Notes under the pieces: generated by a model | The model's input: the letters and a program-made list of their open reading frames with translations, nothing else | Databases searched by the model: none | Told to the model about the DNA's origin: nothing | In this document: positions 1 through 12,468 of the stretch, piece after piece | Numbering within the stretch: position 1 is the stretch's first letter | Layout: each line of letters begins with the position of its first letter | Translations under genes and position numbers: made by a program | Assembly (NCBI RefSeq): GCF_947568905.1 | Contig: NC_079165.1 | Span: 3,844,001-3,908,000, forward strand | DNA length: 64,000 nt | Origin: Ostrea edulis | Lineage: Eukaryota | Direction: 5' to 3'

Positions 1-1570
1 ATAATGACCAAATACAAATAAAACAATCATACTGATTGAAATTAAACTATTGTTAAGGGGAAAACATTGGTTTCCTCTGATGCAATTATACATGTTCTAT
101 TCTAAAGGTAATCCTCGTGCCTTGTTGTGCAAAGAGCGGTTCATTATGATATTAATGTTCCGTAGTGGAAAAAAAAATGTTTCAGATAAACTTTGTATTG
201 AGACAATGTATGATAAATTATTATTTAAAAAACAAATTGAAAAGAGTCACCTCCAACTCAATTTGCGTAAAGATTATTTTCGGTGACTTTTGAAGAAGAA
301 GAAAAAAAGATCTGATGAGTAGAAAAGAAAGAAAGAGAAGTCAATGAAAATTCAATCGATGTTTTAATATATATAGCATACATATGGTACGGAACCTGGC
401 AGTGCATATGTACACATCAATAATCATAATCATGGAGAAAATCGCCGTCATCCCGAGTGGGCAGATGGCCGGAAGCTCGTCGGCAGCCCGTATCGTCCGC
501 ACAGAATTAACGGTGTCACTGATCGAATTGTGGCGGTGATACTCGGCAGCGGACTAAGGTAACGGCAGATTTATATTTTATTCAAATTTTTATTTTAATT
601 AGAAAAGAAGATTGTGAATTGATGAATTTATTTATTTCGAGAACCATAAATTTTAAAGGATAGTAAACTGTCAGATAACTTATAACTTAAAAGGTAACTT
701 TCTATTTATTAGTATTTCATTTAGTGTGTTATAAACAAGTTCTGTTGTGATGGCGTGTATTGAAATTTTTAATATTTTTTTTTTTGGTAATTTATAAACT
801 CTATTGAAAAAATAAAGAGTGTAACTTGGCGTGCGAGGAGAACTTTTCTCTTTATTAACTAGATAATTGGGAGAGAAAAAATTACCTCTATTTGGCATTT
901 ATTGTTTAACTTTTAGCTGCTTGAAGTAATAACGTGAGATGACAACCGCAATAGCAGTATCAATCGGGTCCTAAATTAAACTCGCCCATAGGTCAGGAAA
1001 ACATTTTATATTCCCGTTTTCTTTCAAATCACTTTGTCTATTGTAAAGACATTCTTTCAGATGAAATAGTCCATGTAATTATAGATCAATTGATACCACC
1101 AAGGCAAGACCCAATCCTGAAAGCCATGATACACGTCGATAATTTTTCTGATAATATAAGATCAGCATGAAAGAAAACGATGCACACGCTGAGGTCCGGC
1201 CAATTCAATTTCTTTGATGAAACCTCTATTTAGTGCTTTATCTCGTAAATAAACGTTTATTTATTAGGCCTTGGAAGTAAAAATAGATGTTGATTATCAA
1301 AACTCAAAATTGAGGAGAGTTATAATTCTATGTCCCGTTCGTTCCGAGTTTTGGACGGAACTCTCATGGATACGTGTCTCTGTGTCACAACGCTACCCCC
1401 CCCCCCCACCCCCACCCCACCCGATCTTTTCACCTCCCATGGCCATTAAACTCTGCTTCGTGAACTAAAATATTTTCAGTGGTTTTGTTGTACGAATTAG
1501 GGACAGATCCAGAAAATTTCAAAGAGGGGATGTAACCCAAGATGGGGGTATTGCAGACCCTAAAATTTCT

Positions 1571-1613
<43 letters not shown>

Positions 1614-3051
1614 ATGTTCAACTAAAAATGGGTAACCCCCACCCCCACCCCACCCCATCTGCCAGTAGAAACTGTGATACCGACAATGTAAGCCTCGTTT
1701 GAATTACGGGGCTACGGAGGAACAGTTGCATGAATTCACGGTCAGATCCGTTAGTGACCCTGGATCAGTAGCGTCCGTCTTGATTTTCATCTGCACTTCA
1801 TGTTTCAAATTCCTTCAATTTTTGCAACATTAGAACACAGTGTCAAAATAAGACGTATACCAATGATTTAAAAGTCGGCGAGGAATCACGAGAAAGTGTG
1901 AACGGTTCAACTCCCATATTTCATTTTCTAGCGGATGTATATCTACATGCACTTTTTCCTATCTGACATTTTTTTGAAATATCGGTGGTAGGCGTCTATA
2001 ATGATGTTTAAATCGTCATTAGTTATTAAATGGGGCCACTTATTCTACGTATATAGTGTAATAAGAACGTATATTAAAATTCATAGCATTCATCACAGTA
2101 TACATATATATGCGAATATTTTATTATTTCTACTTCATAAAATGTCGGGGGAGGGGCAGGTGCTCGTAGATTAATCTGCAGTTCCTTAATGTGATGGCTA
2201 AGTCGATTTTCTTTCTGATAAGGTGTGTTGGTACAGTGAAACTAAAAATTTCACCGATACCCGGTGCATATTTGTGGTTAATTTACGAGGGGAACACTTA
2301 GCCATGGCGCGATAGAGGTTCTATACGGACTGAAGCTGTTCTTCCGTATGTCGCCGATTTCCTGTTTGTTCGTACCCGCTGAACGCTACCCGTCTCCGTC
2401 AAGGCCTTCCCCATCGTCTGTAAGCATCAATTTTTGCCAACAATTGAGTTAATGACAAAGTAATTAAGCCAATCATGCTAGAGAACCGACTTCTATATTA
2501 CATTATTATGAAATTAGAAGACCAGAATTCGCCAGAGACCTTGGCCATTAATCGCGGCTTTTGGCGACATGGAATCTCGTGGCCTGAGTTTATATCTTCG
2601 TGGGGGAGATCGATGTAATACCCCCCTAAATCTTCCCGGCGGGATAATCTGTCAGGTGTTTTCATATACACAGGTAAATTTCAGGTGTTGGCATTAAATG
2701 AAGATAAATGGGAAGCGTCTGACGTGACAGTCACGTAAAAGGATCGGTTTATTCTTACAGATAAGCCTTTAAATCATATGTGCATGTATGATCTAATTTA
2801 ATTTCCCTCAAAATTACAAAATGAACCATCTCTATTGATGTATATAGAGATACCTGTGTGATGTAAACAAAATGATTCACGCTCAATAGGTAGAAGGCAG
2901 CCCTCGTCACTGGGCCAAAATGGGATGGTCGGGAGCTTTCTGACTTTTAATATGTCACACTATATTGAAGTATTTAAACATCGACCCATTTAACCAGTTT
3001 TGTTGTATACTAGTATATGGATATAAGAAGGTATTGAAAACTCGTTTCAGA

Positions 3052-3121
3052 ATGAAGAGTGATTTCTTGTTTTTCCTGGGATGTCTGTTCTGTGTTTCAC
3101 ACGCAGGCCGGCGACGGAAAG
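3052..3121 (+). CDS. L-domain protein coding exon 1 (signal peptide MKSDFLFFLGCLFCVSHA, then GRRRK)
   Basis: Acceptor tttcag at 3050 lies immediately before A-ATG. Hydrophobic core with an SHA|G cleavage-like site. Donor AAG|gtaaga, phase 1, matches the next exon. Confidence 0.75.
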
Positions 3122-3938
3122 GTAAGACGAACACGTACTCATTTGCACGGAGAGCTTCAGATATTTCTCTATGAAATATATCCATACATATTTATCAAAT
3201 TCAATCAGTAATTTTGACACCGTGTCATTATATATCTGTAAATGTGCAAAGATAATGAATTTTGTTTGGAATGTGAATTTACCACGATGATGCGACCCTC
3301 GGGGTTGATGGAATCATTTAAACAGGTAGTTATTTTTCCTGTATAGTTTGTTGCGTACACAAATTATTTTACCAATTATGTATAAAAATATTTTGATCTT
3401 GTTTTTTAGATATTAACTTATATGATTTAGAGTATAAGGAGAATAATTGGCAAGAAATAGATTTAAGGCCATCCAGATATATAAATGTTCCCGAGGGCCA
3501 CCGAAAGGTTCCATGTAGTGCGGGTTCCCTGATTAGTCGAATATTTAATTAACGCGAAATTGATTTCACATCACCTCTAGATATAAGCACTTCTATATAG
3601 ACCAAACCGTAGATAAACGGGGTTCGTGTAGTAAATAACAAAATACAAAAATTGAACTCCAACCTGCAATTTGTCTTCTATTGAACAAGCGGGCGACAAA
3701 TTTTAAGATTTAACAAATCTTGCATCACATTTATATAGTGTTTATTATTTGAAATATTTGATCTATAGGATAAAAATCTATAGTTCATACTAGTACAGTA
3801 TAGATTTTTTAATATGAGAGCAACGCTTTTGTAAGAGAAGAAATTAGCAATACACATTTCTCTTTTATAAACATGATATGTACGTTACTTTTTTTTTAAA
3901 TTCAGAGATAGAAATGTCAGAGACAACATTGGTATTGC

Positions 3939-4002
<64 letters not shown>

Positions 4003-7000
4003 AAAAATCTTAATAACTTTTCAATTTCACATTAAGAAAATATAAGATAAACCGGTTAAAATATTATAATATATCATATAATATGTTTTTGAAATTGAAC
4101 ACTATTGACTAGAAGCCGTGCATTGCATTATGGGTATTACATATAATCAGTTATCATATCGCACAGCGATGTTGTTTTTGCTGAGTAAGTAAATAAATAG
4201 CCGAAATTGTGGAAGAATGTGTACAGTGATACTTTTAAAAAATATTTAGAAGGGCATGGATAAGAACCGCGTAAGCTTCTTACGACAGGTGTTATTCATT
4301 CAGAAAAACGGTCCACTTCTACAGGGAATGACCTTATTTGGTTGTAGTCCTTTGTTATTCCGATATTGGCTTACAGTTGCGTTCAATGATATTCATATAT
4401 CAAATTAGATTTAGTACTGAAAGAGAACAGATAAGAAAGTTATGAATAATATCATCAGAAATTTCCTCAAGCAATTACTCGGTAAATCATTCGTCGTGCC
4501 GTGGTACCCTGAATCAGATTCCCCAATAACACAAGAGATGTAGTGTTTGAATAATATTGTCTTAAATTGTGAAAGAGCAAGAAATTATACAGAAAAAACC
4601 CCACCGGGCATTGAGAAAACACATGTAAGCCACAAAACTAAGCAACGGTAAATCGTATCATCTACGTGTTTATTACTCCCCCCCCCTCCCCCTCCCCACG
4701 CGTAATCAAATTATCATTAAAGAGAAAAAAATTATTAGCATTAAATTAAGTATCCGTGTTAATTTTCGGTAATGTAATCTATAAAAAGCTCCTATAATGT
4801 AAGATATTATGATGTTTTAAATCTCCTTACAATTAAAAATCAAAGACATACAAAAGTCACAGAAATTTCTGTTTTTATGTGCTAAATTTTGTCCTGAATT
4901 TGATTTAATCAATGGTTAGATTTGGGCTGGTAAAGCTCCCTGAATATACCATGCCTAGATTTCCCTGAAATTTAAATAGGTAACCCCCTTGCCCACCCGC
5001 ACCCCCATCTCAAATAAAAACCAGCCTCAAAAACCAACCGTCCAGTTATGCACCCTTCACAAATTCATATGTCATATTTGAGTTACCAGCTGGGTACCCT
5101 CTCTTTATTGCCGGATTTTTGTCATTTTCATATTTTTGTTAATTACCTCCGATCTGTGAATTTTAAATTATATGTAGAAGTTATTTATAACAGGATACGT
5201 ATATTACAATAGTACGTTCCAACGTATGTACATCATTATGATGTTAGTCAGATAGATATTGTGTACATCATTATGATATTAGTCAGATAGATATTGTGAA
5301 ACAAAGGTGTGTACATACAACGCATGTCGCAATGTTACAATATTCTTACATCCACATGTATTACATTAAAAAAAAAACATTTTAAAGAGGATTAGCTGTC
5401 ATTTTGTCACCAAAAATTGAAATCAATGAAAATTGCTCTGTACTATATAATCCAATAATAACACCAGTATTAAGTATTTCAAAGACTTTTTAACTTCAAA
5501 GAGGGGATATGAATGTGTAATTTTGGTGATTAAATAATTATTGTCTTGCAAGACACGATTCTTCCTTATATATTTCTTTACACTAAAAGCGGTTATCTTA
5601 TGTAGTTTTATAAGGTTTCTTTTGTTTTTGTACAAAATAAATGTTTTTATTAGTCATTAATATAGTCCTAGATGTCATTGAAAAATTTTGAGAAAAAAAT
5701 GACTGCCATCACTTTCACAGCTAATAATATACAATCAACATAAAGAATGTGCACAATGATTCTAAAGACAATTAATGACAATCGCCTTGTTTCTATCTGC
5801 AGTGTGTCGAGGACTTCAAGACCCGGATTATGTGAATTACTCCAACATCCGCCGATTTAAAGGCTGCACAAAAATTAACGGAAATATTATAATCAATGAT
5901 GCGACATTCCACGGGTAGGTATCATTTGTATATAGATTCTCTATTCTGAAGGGGAATGTGTAGCCTTCAATGTGCTCTATTGTGATATCTCGTATCCACC
6001 ACGGTCCTTTTGATATAGTAAACAGGGGGGGGGGGGGTGTTGAAAGTTGAATGCCCCCCCCCCCTCCTTCTGCATACAAATAATCGTCAATGCATATATC
6101 CTTTGCACATAATCTGGTATTTACACTGGACATTTATTTTTTATCGAAGATTTCTGTCATTGTATAAGAACATTCGTACGCGTACTCTGAATCAAGACGC
6201 CGCTCAGATTAACTTTTTTTTCAAGGAAATTAAACAAAATATTTAAAAAAAAATATATAGACGAAATAACGCTAAGTGAACGAGATACATTGATCATGGC
6301 CAAGCACAGTGACGTAGAATATGAATTTTTATGCTGCGTAGTTTCAGAGGATTGTTGGCACCAAAAAATAAGTCTCCTAATTTGGTGGTATAGATAGGCA
6401 ATGGCTCATAAAATTTCAATCAACAGATTTCTTGCAATAAAATTGAGCTCATAACAAATGGTAGCAATTTAATGGTTCATAAAACTGTAAAATGATTTTC
6501 AATGTTTCATGTGGATCTGAAAACTGGCGTTTAAGTTGTCACACCGCGTTAAACCCCGGTCAATAACAATTTCAAAGACTTCATCGAATAACGTCACTGG
6601 GCTGGTTTGCAGTCAATGGGTAACCGCCCTCTAATTCAGCACCGCACTTTTAAGCTATATATAGTTTGTTATTAAATACTAGTACAGTGAATGCATAGAA
6701 AGCATAAAACCAGCACCAATAATCATCTTTGGCTTTATTAGGACATCCATGCAGCAAGCTCTCAGTGTGACTTGTTAGCTCCTCTGAGTCATAAAGGTCC
6801 ATCTGAGTTAATATGATCAAAAATTGCCGTATGTCTTTGTGAAGTCATTGTAAACTTTTCACATTGTCGGCTTCCTCTTCAGAACTAGTGTCATGCTTAA
6901 CTTAATTAAAGGGACTGATTCACGATTCCTCCCCAAATTTTGTTTTTCACTTTAAATGATCAAAATCTATAGTCTAATATTTCTAAATTTTAACATCAAA

Positions 7001-8596
7001 AATGAAAAATATTTGCTTCGAAAAACGTGAACCAGTCCCTTTAATTTGGCATTAAGTATGATACAAAAATTAATAAATGAATAAATAAAATAATGGGGGG
7101 AAAAGCCCCACCCCAAACCATATATGAAATATAAGTAAATATATTTTCAAAACTTTTTCCTAGAGTAGAGGGAATTCACTAAATTGAGTATAGGGTCCAC
7201 AAAAGGTATAAAGGGTTGTAATGGAATAGGTCCTCTTCTCAAGAACATGGGTAGTACAATGTATCAATTTCTTATGCAAGCATCTCCATGTAGTTTTGAT
7301 TCACGTTGGTTCAAACTATGTCCCCCGGGTCCCTGGGTAGGGTTAACAATGGGCGGATCCTTGGGTAGGTTTACAATGGGCGGATCTCTGAATAGGTTTA
7401 CAATGGGCGGGTCCCTGAGTAGGTTCACAATGGGAGTTTAAATGTGTGCTTTCCTACTAGTATACAGGGATAATTTGTTAACATCTTTCATTTCCATTAC
7501 CACATGAATATAGGTAGACTAATTGATGTGAAAATGTAAATTCGATTTCTTTTATTCCATGATGCTAGAGTTAGCGTGGTTGTATAATGGGCCCAGTAAC
7601 ACAATGTTAGTTAACTTTAACTGGTACTGTGTATTTAACATCGGCCATCGATCCTTACAGTCATGTAGCGTTAGCTGTCAGTTAAACTTATAACTAACTT
7701 TTGTGCAGCTGGGCTCATGTGTTTAAAGATTAACAATGTTAGTGTCCATGATATATAAATCTTTATCTCTCTATGGGCAAGGTATATGTGACTCAGATGA
7801 GCATTACTGCACATGGAACGTTTATTTCATTTCGACAGATACTTGAATTATCTATTTTCTATCATTACAGGGATCCTTATCTGAATTTGATGGGGCTACA
7901 TCCAGATGCTTTGAATGTGTTCAGGGACGTCCAGGACATTACTGGTTTTCTAGTCGTACAAGGCAATCATCCCGACTTTACAAACCTATCATACTTCAAG
8001 AATCTCATTCGAATACGTGGCAAGAAAACGTAAGAACTAACAATAACTTAATTTTTGCATATGTACATGATACATCATAATGGTGTACCGTATCTCAGTT
8101 CATTTTCATGCAACTAAATCATATTTTTTGTCTATTACAGATTAATGAAAAATTCATTGACAATTGCATTTACAACATTAAAATACCTTGGTTTGACGTC
8201 ATTGAAATCAATACAAAGAGGAAATGTAATGATTGCCAGCAACAGAGACTTGTGTTATGTGGACAGTGTAGAATTCCGAAGATTTTTCAGGAGGTCAAGA
8301 AAGAAGCGACAAAAAGCCATTGTCAAAAGGAACAAGTCTGTGCTAAACTGTGGTGAGCATCAAAGCGGATTTTTTTTATGAAACCATTTCTGGCTTATTG
8401 GCATACGTATTAAATCTATAATTCGGTACTTATGGTAATTTTCAAAATCTATTTAGTTTCAGAGAATGCTGTCTGCAGCTTACGGTGTTCAACGGACGGC
8501 TGCTGGGGGCCAGGGTATCGATTTTGTGTTAAAGTTGACAGCAGATTTAGCAATTTAATAGACGACATGTTACAGACACAGTTTTTACACACGTGA
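3052..8596 (+). CDS. Secreted EGFR/ErbB-like single receptor-L-domain protein, 230 aa; join(3052..3121,5803..5914,7871..8029,8141..8352,8457..8596)
   Basis: Five exons, all with GT-AG boundaries. Lengths 70+112+159+212+140=693 nt, phases 1,2,2,1, one open frame ending TGA at 8594-8596. The translation aligns by eye to EGFR domain III (VCRG..KGCTKINGNI..F-HGD..ITGFL.VQ..L.YF.NL..IRG..LGLTSLKSI..GNV.I..N..LCY) followed by C-S-x-x-G-C-W-G-P. Confidence 0.85.
3944..3997. repeat. (TA)n microsatellite
   Basis: Uninterrupted TA run. Confidence 0.95.
5803..5914 (+). CDS. L-domain protein exon 2 (VCRGLQDPDYVNYSNIRRFKGCTKINGNIIINDATFHG)
   Basis: ttctatctgcag acceptor, gtaggt donor. Resembles the start of EGFR domain III. 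Confidence 0.85.
6910..7040. mobile_element. Kolobok-type MITE (131 bp)
   Basis: 15-bp TIRs (AGGGACTGATTCACG / CGTGAACCAGTCCCT, 1 mismatch), TTAA on both sides (6906-6909, 7041-7044), and purine-purine termini. Confidence 0.7.
7871..8029 (+). CDS. L-domain protein exon 3 (DPYLNLMGLHPDALNVFRDVQDITGFLVVQGNHPDFTNLSYFKNLIRIRGKKT)
   Basis: attacag acceptor, gtaaga donor. ITGFL and L.YF.NL..IRG L-domain motifs. Confidence 0.9.
8141..8352 (+). CDS. L-domain protein exon 4 (LMKNSLTIAFTTLKYLGLTSLKSIQRGNVMIASNRDLCYVDSVEF...VLNC)
   Basis: attacag acceptor, gtgagc donor. LGLxSLKxI and NxxLCY motifs. Confidence 0.9.
8457..8596 (+). CDS. L-domain protein terminal exon 5 (VSENAVCSLRCSTDGCWGPGYRFCVKVDSRFSNLIDDMLQTQFLHT*)
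   Basis: atttag acceptor, phase 1. Furin-like Cys module C-x3-C-x4-CWGP-x4-C, then stop TGA. Confidence 0.8.
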
Positions 8597-10489
8597 CGAA
8601 AGATGACGTGTAATGCCGTGACGACCACATGGCTTTACCGTGAAGTTTACGTCACATCCGGTCTACCGCATGAGATTACTGGTCCACTGCCGTTTACATT
8701 TGTTGTTGGTGTTAGTGTTATATTAAATGTTTTGAATTATATCGTTTTGTGTATTTAGTTTATGAATCACTCCAGCAGAGGTTGAAAGGCAAAGGCTGGC
8801 AGACGACAAACTCCTTACTCATATCCGCCTGCATGCTTTATCTATCGCATCGTGTTTGGCAACTTTTTCAGAAATGTTACTCATTGAGCAAAGAGCAATT
8901 GTAAGCTAACACAAGCACATTCCAAAGATGATATTTTCATCTGAGAGCAGGAAGTTAATGGCGTTTGGTCAGATTATTGTCTTAAAGAGGAAGATTTGAC
9001 CCACGATTACGAAACGTAGGCACTTAGCAAGAAGAGTTCTTTCTCTTGCACCGAGTCTGCAACGATCGAGTTATCTATTTATTTGTCTGTGCGCCACATC
9101 GCGAGGTACCAGTGCTTTGAAATATTTTGTGCTTATTCGCATGCGCTATTTCACGCAAAAGTTATCATTTCATAATTGGTCATACTAGTATATGAAAGGA
9201 CAAGGTCATTGTGGCGATTTTTTGGTCCAAATTAAGAATTGGTTTGCCCATCCTGCGGAACGCGTAGACCTGTGCCAAGGCAGAGAATTAATACGAATTT
9301 AACTGGCGGCCTCCACTTAATTTATATGGCTGCCAATTTAAAAAATTATTTTTACTTCATATTGCTGGGGTATTATTTTTATAAGGAGGTTTGATAAGTA
9401 CCGTCAAAGACATATATAACAGAAATAAGCAACTCCTACATGTTTACCGCTTAAAATATGTGACGGTCCCGCCTATAAATTGTTGATTCCTATTAATTGG
9501 TTTGATAGATTGATGCTGATTTAAGTTTATTTCATTCCTATCATCAATTGGAATCGAAAGTTACAAGCTTTGAAATCAATATGATATATGGTCAACAAAT
9601 ATACATGTACTATTAACAAAAATGTAGGCACATCATGGTAATTTTCTGAAATCTCGCTGATTTTGAATCATGTGTCGCCTATTGAAACTTCACTTTCATT
9701 TTACTTTGAAGTGAAACATCTAGAAATATTGTATCTTGTATATTTTAGTGATAATTAAGATTTGGAAGTTTTGAACTTGATTAAATCAGTGTGTGCATTT
9801 ATACCAACAACAAAAAAAACAAAACAAAAAAAAAAAACAAAACGGGGCACCGCGAGATAATACAATAATTTTATTCCTTTCAAACTAGAAAACTACGCAA
9901 ACTGTTTCATTTAAAACAAATGTAAAGTAGTTTTAGGCATGAAATGAATTAATTTTGCTGAAAAAATTAAACTCTGTTATAAATGTATCTGGTGCAGTAG
10001 CGCCGTTCTTCAAAGTTGGGAGGGGGCGGAAGAAAAAGTGTCTAAAATTAGAATTGGCCCAATATGTACTTGCTTTGCATGTAAAATAATGGAAAATCAA
10101 CGTTGTCAAATAAGCGGAAAGGGCGCGGGGGATGGGAGCGGCTCTAGGGGGATGGGAGCGGCTCTGCGTGCATAGTACGTTGTTATATTTAGTACACATT
10201 GATATTTTCTAGTGCTCACATTTGATGTCTTAAACATCCATATAACTTTGTAATGCTCTTAATTGTAAAACACTTACGTAATTACTAATCATTTGAGAGG
10301 GGGTGACAGGAGTTGCACCCCTTTCATATTGGAAGAGAGAGAAACTAGTTGAATAACCGACGGTCCCCAGGTGAATTATTAGTAAGTGGCGGTCCTCACA
10401 TAAATTAAGTGGCACCTATCGGCCTCCGTGGTGCCGCCCTATTTCTACCACTGTTCAAAGACTGTAAGCACGCGATCATAAACACGCAT

Positions 10490-12468
10490 CATGATGCCTA
10501 TACCGGATTCCTAAACTTCATAAAAACCCTTACAAAAATACATTACTGGATCCAGTAAATGTTCTACCAAGCCCCTATTATTGCTCCTCACGAAAATATT
10601 AACAGCTGAGAAGGAGAAACTTCAAACGTACTGTGCGACTATATATGCCAGCAGTAGTGTAAATCAATGTGGATTATAAAAAATTCTTAAGAACTTTTAG
10701 TTAAGTTGAAATCGCAAAACTTTTCTCAAATCAACAACATCAAATCGTATGACTTTTCAACACTTTACACGACCATTCCTCACGATAAATTAAAGACTAG
10801 ACTTTTTGACATCATAGACAGTTGCTTCTTCAACAAAAATGGAAAACGCAAATATTCCTATCTAGTGATCAGTCATCCAAAAAATTACTTTATTAAACGC
10901 CATTCTGATTCCACGCACAAGTACTCTGAAGTTGAATTAAAAAATATGCTGGAATTCCTCATTGACATATCTTCGTGGTCTTTGGTGATCAGGTCTTCCA
11001 GCAGTCTGTTGAAATTCCCATGGGCACGAATTGTGCTCCTTTATTAGCTCACATGTGTTTATATTCTTATGAAGCTGAATTTATTCAAAAACTTCTACGT
11101 GAGAAGAAAAAATCTTGCTGTGGCTTTCAAATCAACATTTAGATATATCGACGACCTCTTAACTATCAACAATAATAATTTTCATGCATATGTCGATTCG
11201 ATATATCCCAGTGAACTCGAAATAAAAGACACCACAGAGTCATCCACTTCTGCTTCCTACTTAGATATTTTATTGAAAGTAGACATTAACGGCAAACTAA
11301 CAACTCAACTTTATGACAAACGGGATGATTTCAGCTTCTCCATCATCAACTTCCCATATTTATGTAGCAATATTCCATTACCACCTGCATATGATGCATA
11401 TATCTCTCAACTGATTCGATATGCAAGAGCTTGTTCTGCTTATGGTCAGTTTTTAAATCGAGGCAGGCTACTGACAAACAAGTTGATGGTGCAGGGTTTC
11501 CAACAGTCTCGTTTAAAGTCAGCATTTCACAAATTCTATGGTCGTTATAACGATCTAGTTTGCCAATATAACCTATCATTGGGTCAAATGCTGTCTGACG
11601 TGTTTCAAACCGATTGTTAGACCGTTCTTGTCACGCTGATTTTGCCTACGGACAACTCCGTCTACTTGATCAAATAGGGCTCACTTTCGACATGGTATGC
11701 TTACTCCTCCTGGGCACCTGCTCCCTCCTCTGGTATATCCAGGGGTCCGTGTTTGCACAATTCTCTATTTTGTGTTGCTTATAGGAGTTATGAGATTGAT
11801 CACTGTTCGTTATCTTCACCTTTATAGGAGTTATGAGATTGATCACTGTTCGTTATCTTCACCTTTATAGGAGTTATGAGATTGATCACTGTTCGTTATC
11901 TTCACCTTTATAGGAGTTATGAGATTGATCACTGTTCGTTATCTTCAGTTTTATAGGAGTTATGAGATTGATCACTGTTCGTTATCTTCACCTTTATAGG
12001 AGTTATGAGATTGATCACTGTTCGTTATCTTCACCTTTATAGGAGTTATGAGATTGATCACTGTTCATTATCTTCACCTTTATAGGAGTTATGAGATTGA
12101 TCACTGTTCATTATCTTCACCTTTATAGGAGTTATGAGATTGATCACTATTCGTTATCTTCACCTTTATAGGAGTTATGAGATTGATCACTGTTCGTTAT
12201 CTTCACCTTTATAGGAGTTATGAGATTGATCACTGTTCGTTATCTTCAGTTTTATAGGAGTTATGAGATTGATCACTATTCGTTATCTTCACCTTTATAG
12301 GAGTTATGAGATTGATCACTGTTCGTTATCTTCACCTTTATAGGAGTTATGAGATTGATCACTGTTCGTTATCTTCACCTTTATAGGAGTTATGAGATTG
12401 ATCACTGTTCGTTATCTTCACCTTTATAGGAGTTATGAGATTGATCACTGTTCGTTATCTTCACCTTT
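10490..12468 (+). mobile_element. Penelope-like retroelement, 5'-truncated, frameshifted RT
   Basis: IPKLHK, YDFSTLYTTIPH, PMGTNCAP, RYIDD (11144-11155), YLDI, YDKRDDF, ISQLIRYARACS. The ORF ends at 11620 and is followed by a 3' UTR shared with other copies in the window. Confidence 0.85.
11781..12468 (+). repeat. 16 tandem copies of the 43-bp 3' terminus of the Penelope-like element
   Basis: Unit ATAGGAGTTATGAGATTGATCACTGTTCGTTATCTTCACCTTT; first unit starts 11781, last starts 12426. Confidence 0.95.

Noticed and set aside
377-558. GC-richer segment ending in donor AAG|gtaacg as a coding first exon of the L-domain gene
   Set aside because: Its open frame ends in phase 2 and has no ATG. It may still be a 5' UTR exon (another candidate donor lies at 2674), but this cannot be supported.
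3107-3121. 15-nt micro-exon using cacgcag as acceptor
   Set aside because: The longer exon from 3051 supplies an ATG and a complete signal peptide in the same frame, which is the simpler model.
11781-12468. CRISPR-like appearance of the 43-bp, 41-bp (16793) and 90-bp (61781) arrays
   Set aside because: Units are head-to-tail with no unique spacers, no cas genes are present, and the context is eukaryotic.
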